A stretch of 64,000 nt of DNA from a candidate division WOR-3 bacterium (GTDB taxonomy: Bacteria > Hydrothermota > Hydrothermia > JBDRYB01). The notes beneath the pieces are model-generated. The model was not told the DNA's origin and did not search any database. It saw nothing but the letters and a program-made list of their open reading frames with translations. The translations under genes were made by a program, and so were the position numbers. The stretch lies in the NCBI GenBank assembly GCA_039803205.1, contig JBDRYB010000006.1:32001-96000 (forward strand), written 5' to 3'. This document shows positions 48,909 to 56,521 of this stretch, one piece after another (within the stretch, counting starts at the first letter, position 1; every line of letters begins with the position of its first letter).

Positions 48909-49367
48909 TTGAAGACCCTTTTACTTTGCCTCGGAAATGACATCATGGCTGACGATGCTGTTGGCATCAGGGTCGCAGAGGCGCTTGAGGGGAAGCTTGA
49001 CGGCCTCGCTGACATCAGAACGACATCGGTCTCGGGGCTTTACCTTCTGGATTACCTTGAGGGATACGAGAGGGCGATAGTGGTTGACGCGTTCACGCCG
49101 CAGGATCCGGTCCCCGGGCGCATAAGGGTATTTGATATTGTGGCATCGGAAAGGCCTCCCCTCGGCCCATCGCCCCACTACATAAGCCTTTCGGACGCTC
49201 TCACGATTGGAAAGAGGCTTGGCCTGGCTCTTCCCGAAAGGATAACCGTTATAGGCATAGAGGTTTCTGACCCATACACCATAGGCGGCGAGATGCACCC
49301 CGATGTAAGGGCCGCTATACCAAGGGCAGCGAAAAGGGTTTTGGAGATGCTCAGATGCACGAAGTAA
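48909..49367 (+). CDS. Hydrogenase maturation protease (HyaD/HybD/HoxW family)
   Basis: CLGNDIMADDAVG, IVVDA, SPHY, IGIE. Confidence 0.9.
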   Translation: MKTLLLCLGNDIMADDAVGIRVAEALEGKLDGLADIRTTSVSGLYLLDYLEGYERAIVVDAFTPQDPVPGRIRVFDIVASERPPLGPSPHYISLSDALTIGKRLGLALPERITVIGIEVSDPYTIGGEMHPDVRAAIPRAAKRVLEMLRCTK

Positions 49368-49702
49368 GCGTCTGCGAAAGCCTTCTTGATGTGGTTGAGG
49401 AGACAGCCAAAAAGCACGGAGCGAAAAGCGTCTGCTTGGTTAAGGTGAGGATAGGGGAGATCTCCGGGGTGGTGCCAGAGCTCTTGGAGCATGCCTTTGA
49501 GGTCCTGGCGCCTGAGCGCTCCATAACTAGACGAGCGAAACTGCTCATTGAGAGGGTGAAACCCAGTGCTGTTTGCGACGCGTGCGGGAAGGAGTTTACC
49601 CCTGAGGACTATATTTTCATATGCCCTGGCTGCGGTTCCGGTAGGACGAGGCTCTTGGAGGGGGATGAGCTGATCCTTGAGAGGATAAGGATGGAGGTAT
49701 GA
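49355..49702 (+). CDS. hypA: Nickel metallochaperone HypA
   Basis: MHE N-terminus; CDAC and CPGC zinc finger; GDEL. Confidence 0.96.
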   Translation: MHEVSVCESLLDVVEETAKKHGAKSVCLVKVRIGEISGVVPELLEHAFEVLAPERSITRRAKLLIERVKPSAVCDACGKEFTPEDYIFICPGCGSGRTRLLEGDELILERIRMEV

Positions 49703-49703
49703 T

Positions 49704-50381
49704 ATGTGCGAGGAATGCGGATGCTCAGAGGGGAACGAGGTTGTTGAGGTCGGGGAGGATATTCTCAAGGAGAACCTGAGGTTCGCGGGCCACAACCGTG
49801 AGCACCTTGACGAGCACGGGGTATTCTCGGTTGAGCTCATCTCCGCTCCTGGCTCAGGAAAAACATCGTTGATAGAGGCACTTTCGGAGCGCCTGAGAGG
49901 CATCGGTATTGCCGTGATAGAGGGAGATATAGAGACGGAGAGGGACGCTGAACGGATAAGGGCAAAGGGTATCCCCGCTTTCCAGCTTACGACTGGAGGC
50001 GCCTGCCACCTTGATGCTCGGCTCGTCCACGGGGCCCTTCACCACCTTAATCTTGATGGGGTAAAGCTCCTGTTCATTGAGAATGTTGGGAACCTGGTCT
50101 GCCCAGCCGCCTTTCGTTTGGGCGCTCACCAGCGCTGGGTCATCCTCTCGGTTCCCGAAGGGGACGACAAACCAGCCAAGTATCCCAGGGCTTTCAGGGA
50201 GGCCTCGGCTTTCATCCTGAACAAGATTGACCTCCTCCCCCACTTTGAATTTGACCCGGAGCGGGTTAAGAGGGAGGCCCTTTCCCTCAACCCTTATCTC
50301 AGATGCTTCTCTGTCTCCGCGAGAACAGGAGAGGGGATCCCGGAGCTCGCGGAATACCTCATGAGCCTCTTGAGGATATAA
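49704..50381 (+). CDS. hypB: Hydrogenase nickel-incorporation GTPase HypB
   Basis: MCEECGC, PGSGKTSL, ACHLDA, ENVGNLVCPA, EGDDKPAKYP, NKID. Confidence 0.96.
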   Translation: MCEECGCSEGNEVVEVGEDILKENLRFAGHNREHLDEHGVFSVELISAPGSGKTSLIEALSERLRGIGIAVIEGDIETERDAERIRAKGIPAFQLTTGGACHLDARLVHGALHHLNLDGVKLLFIENVGNLVCPAAFRLGAHQRWVILSVPEGDDKPAKYPRAFREASAFILNKIDLLPHFEFDPERVKREALSLNPYLRCFSVSARTGEGIPELAEYLMSLLRI

Positions 50382-50411
50382 AAAGGGGCCTATTTAGGCC
50401 CCTTTGGTTTT
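50380..50411. terminator. Bidirectional intrinsic terminator
   Basis: AAAGGGGCCT-ATTT-AGGCCCCTTT between convergent genes. Confidence 0.8.
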
Positions 50412-50426
50412 CCGGGGATCTATCCC

Positions 50427-52070
50427 CTACTTCGTCACAACGACCTTTCCGGTCCCCGTGAACCTTCCAGCCTCAGCCCTGAAGAGGTATGTCCCAACGG
50501 GGAGGCCTGACATGTCTATCCTGATGGAACCCGTGCCCTCCGCGCTCACGATCTCACGCCCAGCAACATCGTAGACCGTCGCGTTTGCCCTGGTGTTTGA
50601 AGGAAGCCCGCTGAGGACGAGGCTATGTCCAACCATCCTGTATGAGAAGAGGCTCGCGCCCGAACCCGTCTCAGCCACATCTATGCTCTGATCGTCGTAG
50701 GCCAGGTCCTTGTAGTGGGGGACAACAGCGTTGAGCCATGAGTTGAAGTAAAGGTCCAGGTTATTTACTGGGTCGTAAATATATGTGAGCCATATCCTCG
50801 CGGAGCCGTTGTCGTTCCTGAAGTGCTTCGGAGCGTGGACCATGCACTCGTTGACATTTGAGGTGTTGGTGAGATTCACGGGGGTTGACCAGACATTGCC
50901 TATGTGATTCGTGCAAACGGTCTTATACACATCATACCAGCCCCAACCGAGATTACCATCCCACTGGGTCATCTGGTTGTAGATGATCACATAGTTACCG
51001 TAGAAATCAGTGACTATGTTTGGGTAGTAGAGGAAGGCGTTCGGGTCAGCAGGGTTGAGGACCACGACAGGATAGGATGTGTCCTCGTTCGCTATGACTA
51101 TGGCCTTTGAGAGGGTGTCGGCCTGGGAATTGAGCGCGGCAAGCTCGCAAACATACAAGGGCTTCACGGTCACAGGGTTCGTCTGGATGTCAAATGAAAG
51201 GGCGGACTCGTCAGATATTATAGCGTCAAGCACATATCCGCCACCGAGGTCCATCTGGTATATGGGAGCGAAGAGATAGGGGCCATCAATATTGATGCTG
51301 GTTCCGTCCCAGGTTATCTTCCAGTAAGCAGGGCCCAGGCTCATGTCAGACCCGAAGAAGTAGACGACATCGTTGAACGGATCGTAATCAATCCCCGTGA
51401 TGTAGACCCCGGAGAGGAGCGCCGTTGGCTCGTAGATGTAGGTTCCTCCATTGGGGTCATAGACGCCGAGGTATATGATCTGGCCCGCATCAGAACCTGC
51501 AACGAACACATTCCCGTCGTTCATGTAGACCCCGATGTTCTTGTGGGTGCCTATGTTGTCGGTTCTGTCGCCAATCGTGTTTGATGGATCGGCTGTTGCG
51601 GTTGCCATGTAGCCCCATGCTGGACCAGGGGCGAGCTCTGGCCAAGTGCCAACGGGATACTCGTTCACATTACGAGGAACAGCCTGGGGATACCTGCCTC
51701 CAGCGTCCGCGAGCCCGGCCTTGAAGTTCAGTGAGTCCATGAAGTCCCAGGTTGAGCCCTCGTTCCATGACCAACGGATGGCCACGGGCGCGGATGGATG
51801 CCTGTAGAGCCAAGCCACGGATCTGAAGTCATTCGTGTTGACATTCGCGGGTTCCTGTATGGTGGTCCAGTAGTCAAACTGGCTCGTTCCTGAGTCCGTT
51901 AGGGCAACAGTGAGGGCCATGGGGCTAGCGAAGTGCCTCGGCCCGGCCCAATTGAAGACCGACGGAGCCTCCGGCTCAGAAACGCTCTCGCTCAGATAGA
52001 CCCTCTCTGCTTTAGGCGGAGCCGCAAGTAGCCCGCCAACCAGTCCTGCTATTGCCAGATACCTCTTCAT
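50427..52070 (-). CDS. Secreted protein with T9SS-like CTD
   Basis: Signal peptide; beta-rich body; CTD VYDVAGREI...GTYLF...GKVVVTK; AAGGAGG RBS. Confidence 0.75.
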   Translation of the reverse strand: MKRYLAIAGLVGGLLAAPPKAERVYLSESVSEPEAPSVFNWAGPRHFASPMALTVALTDSGTSQFDYWTTIQEPANVNTNDFRSVAWLYRHPSAPVAIRWSWNEGSTWDFMDSLNFKAGLADAGGRYPQAVPRNVNEYPVGTWPELAPGPAWGYMATATADPSNTIGDRTDNIGTHKNIGVYMNDGNVFVAGSDAGQIIYLGVYDPNGGTYIYEPTALLSGVYITGIDYDPFNDVVYFFGSDMSLGPAYWKITWDGTSINIDGPYLFAPIYQMDLGGGYVLDAIISDESALSFDIQTNPVTVKPLYVCELAALNSQADTLSKAIVIANEDTSYPVVVLNPADPNAFLYYPNIVTDFYGNYVIIYNQMTQWDGNLGWGWYDVYKTVCTNHIGNVWSTPVNLTNTSNVNECMVHAPKHFRNDNGSARIWLTYIYDPVNNLDLYFNSWLNAVVPHYKDLAYDDQSIDVAETGSGASLFSYRMVGHSLVLSGLPSNTRANATVYDVAGREIVSAEGTGSIRIDMSGLPVGTYLFRAEAGRFTGTGKVVVTK

Positions 52071-52108
52071 GTTTAAAACCTCCTTACGGTTTTAGCGCGG
52101 CGAAAAGC

Positions 52109-53080
52109 TTAAAGCCCTCCCTCTATCTTTTTCAAGATGGTCTTGTAGTTGTTCGGGTCAAAGGCCCAAAGGAACCATGTGGCGTCCTTGATGTTCCATG
52201 AAGGATCAGGGAAATCCGGATACATCTTGTGGAGGACATCAACCGCGTTCGCGTTCAGTCCATACTTGAAAAGGGTATAAGCCAGGATGCTGTAAACGGT
52301 CTGGGAATCCGTTGCTGTTATGGACTGGGGAACGCGCGGGTTGGAGCTCCCTGAGTAGTTGTTCAGGCCAGAGAGCGCGCCCGTGAGGTATATGTAAGCC
52401 GAGTTGAGGTCGCTCTTCTCGGCCAGATAAGCGAGGCCCATGCCGTATATGGAGAACCATATGTCCTGGTGTATCGGGGTTGTCTTCATATACTTGTAGT
52501 AGTATGTGAAGCTCTCCGCGGTGTCAGTCCATGCGCCGTTGTAGTAGAAAGGCATCTCTGAGCATATGTAGACCCACTGATCATCAAAGCCAACCACATC
52601 AACCTCAAGCTTCCCGTGGGTGACCTTGGTGAACCCCAAAAGATAACCGGGGTATGTAACCTTGAGCTTCCAGACCCCAACGCCGTTAAAAGCAACCGTG
52701 TGATACCATGATGTGTCTATGTATGTGGAGAACTGGGAGGTGTCAAAGGTTATCGTGTTCAGGGTGTCGGTGATGGGTATGGGCTCTGAGAAGGCCGGTT
52801 CAGCCAGAATGAGAACGATGCTGAAAGCGCCATATGCGTTGGAATAATTGGAGACCTGGGAGCAGGAGTATCCCTTTCCAACATAGGCCTCCGGAAGATA
52901 AGCGTCCACGGTTATCACAGAATCAAAGGTTGCCTCCGCACCGGCGAAATCTCCGGCCCTGTATTTCGCCCAAGCGGCATCAAGGAGCGCCTCTATCTCA
53001 GGCGGCGGTTCAACCTCAGGAGCCTTCTGGCACCCGAAGGCCAGGACACCCAAAACTGCAAAAGGAAATAGCCTTTTCAT
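52109..53080 (-). CDS. TPR-containing lipoprotein
   Basis: MKRLFPFAVLGVLAFG-C; AWAKYRAGDFAGAEATF / EAYVGKGY TPR pattern; AGGAGG RBS. Confidence 0.75.
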   Translation of the reverse strand: MKRLFPFAVLGVLAFGCQKAPEVEPPPEIEALLDAAWAKYRAGDFAGAEATFDSVITVDAYLPEAYVGKGYSCSQVSNYSNAYGAFSIVLILAEPAFSEPIPITDTLNTITFDTSQFSTYIDTSWYHTVAFNGVGVWKLKVTYPGYLLGFTKVTHGKLEVDVVGFDDQWVYICSEMPFYYNGAWTDTAESFTYYYKYMKTTPIHQDIWFSIYGMGLAYLAEKSDLNSAYIYLTGALSGLNNYSGSSNPRVPQSITATDSQTVYSILAYTLFKYGLNANAVDVLHKMYPDFPDPSWNIKDATWFLWAFDPNNYKTILKKIEGGL

Positions 53081-53091
53081 TCTCAACCTCC

Positions 53092-55506
53092 TTATCTGCT
53101 CATCACAAGCTTCGCTGTGTATGCCTTGTTGTTGACACGGAGCCTGTAGAAATAGACGCCGGATGGGGCCTTGCTCGCGTCCCAGGAGAGATAGACCTGG
53201 CCAGCATCGATCTCGCCCTCATAAACATCCGCTATCTTCTTGCCAGTTATGTCATAGACGCTCAGGGAAACCGAAGAGCGCTCAGGCAGAGAGAGGTAGA
53301 GCCTGGCCTCTCCGGGCCGGATCACGGATGGCGCGTAGAAGGAGAACTCTCCGGGAATGCCTGAGCCAGGCTTTCCGACCAGGAATGTTCCCATCCTGTC
53401 AGTCCAGGCAACGAGCCTCGTGCCATCAACGCTCATATATGAATCCAGGCTCACCCACCTTCCGTTATCAAGCCGATAGACGCCTGAGGTTCCTTCGGCC
53501 GGGAACTCAACCCTTACTGGTCTCAGAATGGTTCCCTCGCTGGCCGCGAGGACGAAAACCCGGCCCTCAGCCTTCGGGCTGAGCCATATATCAGAGGCCC
53601 TTGATTCCGTAGCCACCAGGATGGTCCCATATGAGAAGGCCCCTGGAGGAACGGTTATCCTGGCGGTTCCTCCGAGTATGGGCCAATCGCCGCCCTCAGA
53701 GGGTATCGAAAGAACCGTTGCCACATCCGAAGGCAGGGTTGTCGCTGGGTTTCCGTTCCTATCGTATGCCTTCGTGACCTGTATTAGGACATCGCCAGTG
53801 TAAAGGGTTCCGAAAGCATCGTAGAGCATGAGGCTCACCTCACCAGCGTATATCTTGTCCGTAGAACCGCCAGCCAGGCCCACGAGCTTGATGTCCTTGC
53901 TGATTGGAGGATAAAGCGTATCAGCTGTATCAGCCGCAAAGACCGTCACAACTGGGAATGTATCTCCGGGGGCCGCGTCGTTATACAAGGGTTCAGGCGA
54001 CACCAGGTAGCATGTCGCTTTCCTGAGATACACCGGATTCTGTATGGTGTAGAGGGTGTATAGGGTATCGTCAAGCGCAGGGCCTTGGGTATCGCTATTG
54101 CCCTTTATCCACATGTAGAAGCCGGTCTTGTTCCTGTTTATCACGACGAGATAGTGTTTATCCTCCATCTGGAAATAAGCGTGGTTGTGCTCATCCAGCT
54201 CTATGGGGGTCACGGAGTTCGTGGTTGTATCTACGAGGTAAAGGGCCCAACCCGGAACCGTATCCCCTTCTATGACTATCTTGTTGTCGTCGTCGCCCTC
54301 AAAGTTGACGCCAGCAGGGGCAGGGCTTATTCTGTATATCAGAGCACAGTATCCGAACTGGTTCTTCTGCTCATCCTTTGATTTTGACAGCATTATGGTG
54401 CCCGGAACAGCGAAGATCATCCTGTTGGGCGTGAAGCCCTCAAAATCATAGTCGTGAACCCTGCCGTGGAGGGTGACCTTGAGACCCCATTCCTCAACCG
54501 CCTTTGGCATGACGAGGCCATTCGCGTAGAGGGCGTATTCGGTCTGAGACCGAGCTCTGTAGAGAGAATCCCGGCCTACGCTCTTGAGGTAATCCTCCCC
54601 GAGCTTCTCCTCAAGGAACATCCACCATGTGAGCATGCGCTCGCGCTCTATCTCGGTCCCCTCAACCGGGTTCGGCCACAGGGGGTTTATCTGATAGAGA
54701 TAGCAGTTGCTGTGCTGTGGCGCAGTATCCGAGCAGAGGACGATCCCGTAGAACCTCCAGTGATTCTTGGAGACATCCGGATACTTCGTGAAACCACACA
54801 TGATATATGGTTTCATGGTATCCGGAGCGGTCTTATATGCCGAATACATGGCCATTCCAAGGAGGGAAATGGCCTCCTCCCGAGGGTCAAGCCTGTAGAG
54901 CACATATTTTCCGAAGAGATACCTGAGATAGTTCTCGTAGACGCCGAACTTGCTCGGTATGGCGAAGAACTCGGCGGCCGCGTTGTGCTTGCGTGGGTAT
55001 GTGAGGATGAGCATGGGCTTCTTGTTTGAGTATTCGTAAGTGGTGTCCAGGTCCTTTGGGTTGAAGTATCCAAAGAGCGGCCATAGTCCTGGAGCGTTCT
55101 TCCACACATCTCCTGGTTCAGAAAACCAAATAGGAGCCACAACGATGTAGACCTTCTCAGAGGGGATCAGTCCCTCAGCCTGCCAGAAAGAGAGGACCTG
55201 CGGCCTTATCTCTGATTCAAACTTCTGGGCGAGCGCCACAGCAAGGCTCTCCGCCCTGGCCGTGTCAACCCAGATATGTATTGTATCTCCAGGGTGGCCA
55301 GGGTCCTCAAAGATCCTCTCGTAGATAACGACGCCGTAAGAGTTTGGCCCAGCGTAGAGCACATGGCCCCACCACGGGGTTGTATCCCTCTGATACTGGA
55401 GCCTCGCGTTGTCCAGGTATATGGGGAGAGAATCCCCCACCTGATACTGGGCGCCGAGACCCGATACAGCCCCCAGGAGAAGGAGCGCTGATAAAAGCCT
55501 TTTCAT
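53092..55506 (-). CDS. Large secreted CTD protein; probable inactive M30-like peptidase fold
   Basis: Signal peptide; FlgD-like CTD VYDITGKKI...WD...SGVYFYRL...KLVMSR; in-register similarity to 19220..20821 without HExxH. Confidence 0.65.
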   Translation of the reverse strand: MKRLLSALLLLGAVSGLGAQYQVGDSLPIYLDNARLQYQRDTTPWWGHVLYAGPNSYGVVIYERIFEDPGHPGDTIHIWVDTARAESLAVALAQKFESEIRPQVLSFWQAEGLIPSEKVYIVVAPIWFSEPGDVWKNAPGLWPLFGYFNPKDLDTTYEYSNKKPMLILTYPRKHNAAAEFFAIPSKFGVYENYLRYLFGKYVLYRLDPREEAISLLGMAMYSAYKTAPDTMKPYIMCGFTKYPDVSKNHWRFYGIVLCSDTAPQHSNCYLYQINPLWPNPVEGTEIERERMLTWWMFLEEKLGEDYLKSVGRDSLYRARSQTEYALYANGLVMPKAVEEWGLKVTLHGRVHDYDFEGFTPNRMIFAVPGTIMLSKSKDEQKNQFGYCALIYRISPAPAGVNFEGDDDNKIVIEGDTVPGWALYLVDTTTNSVTPIELDEHNHAYFQMEDKHYLVVINRNKTGFYMWIKGNSDTQGPALDDTLYTLYTIQNPVYLRKATCYLVSPEPLYNDAAPGDTFPVVTVFAADTADTLYPPISKDIKLVGLAGGSTDKIYAGEVSLMLYDAFGTLYTGDVLIQVTKAYDRNGNPATTLPSDVATVLSIPSEGGDWPILGGTARITVPPGAFSYGTILVATESRASDIWLSPKAEGRVFVLAASEGTILRPVRVEFPAEGTSGVYRLDNGRWVSLDSYMSVDGTRLVAWTDRMGTFLVGKPGSGIPGEFSFYAPSVIRPGEARLYLSLPERSSVSLSVYDITGKKIADVYEGEIDAGQVYLSWDASKAPSGVYFYRLRVNNKAYTAKLVMSR

Positions 55507-55517
55507 CTCAAACCTCC

Positions 55518-56510
55518 TTAAAAGCTAACCGAAAGCCCTATCCTGTGAAGGTCAGGCAACCCACCCATGTCCGAGAAGGAGTAATCAACCGCTCCACGGA
55601 AGAACGAGATGCCGACCCCGCCGGAGAAGCCTCCGGACGGCGGAGCGTTTTCAGCCTCCTGGAACATGAACTTGTTCCCCGCCCTCAGGTAGAGCATGTT
55701 GAAGAGGTTATACTCCATGCCTATGGCATAGGATTCCACATAATCGTTCGGGTGGGTTATCTCAGCGGCCAAGAGAAGGCCTTGATACTCTGTTTTCCAC
55801 AGGCTCATGGACATTCCAACCCTGAACAGCAGGGGAAGGGGATAAGGGCTGAACTCAGCCGAGGAGTCGCCCTTAATCGCGCCCTGCTCGTATGTCCAGC
55901 GGATGTATGTTCCTGATGGCTTGAGGTCCGGGCCGAAGTTCTGCATGGACATAGCGAGAGTGAGGTCCCGAAATCCGGTCTTGTAGTATGTTCCGACATC
56001 CGTAGCGAATGTCCAAGCGGATGCGTAGGGGCCAAATCCCTCATACACGCCCTTTATGTTCAGTCCAAAGGAGAACTTGTCCGTGAAATACTGGGCATAG
56101 CTGACGCCCATCTGCATGGCCGTATATGAGAACTCATCGCCCTGTGTTATGTCGCCGTTCTCCTCAAGCCTCCACTCCTGGAACCCGGTGGACATGAGGC
56201 CTCCGAGGAAGATCCCGTAGTTACCTGCCTTGCCAGGAGCGACAAACGCCAAACCGCCAACATAGGTGTCAACCCAGTATGGGAGCATGGTCGTGGCAAT
56301 AGCCCTTGTCTTCACATTGGCTATGCCGGCTGGGTTTATGAAAACAGTGTAGGGGTCGTTTGCGACTGAGACATATGTCTCTCCCATGCCCACAGCCCTC
56401 GGCGAAATGGGTATGGTGAGAAACTTAGCGCCAGCTTGACCAACCTTCGCGAACTGCTGGGCCGCAAGAACCCCTGAAAGGATGAGAATGGCAGATATTG
56501 CCCTTTTCAT
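55518..56510 (-). CDS. PorV/PorQ-family outer-membrane barrel
   Basis: FLTIPISPRAVGMGE, INPAGIA, DVG, MQNFG, LPLLFRVG, GMEY, LRAG, DYSF...HRIGLSVSF. Confidence 0.88.
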   Translation of the reverse strand: MKRAISAILILSGVLAAQQFAKVGQAGAKFLTIPISPRAVGMGETYVSVANDPYTVFINPAGIANVKTRAIATTMLPYWVDTYVGGLAFVAPGKAGNYGIFLGGLMSTGFQEWRLEENGDITQGDEFSYTAMQMGVSYAQYFTDKFSFGLNIKGVYEGFGPYASAWTFATDVGTYYKTGFRDLTLAMSMQNFGPDLKPSGTYIRWTYEQGAIKGDSSAEFSPYPLPLLFRVGMSMSLWKTEYQGLLLAAEITHPNDYVESYAIGMEYNLFNMLYLRAGNKFMFQEAENAPPSGGFSGGVGISFFRGAVDYSFSDMGGLPDLHRIGLSVSF

Positions 56511-56521
56511 GTTTTTCCTCC

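Noticed and set aside
48212..49015. 267-aa minus-strand ORF
   Set aside because: Overlaps three better-supported genes and has no motifs.
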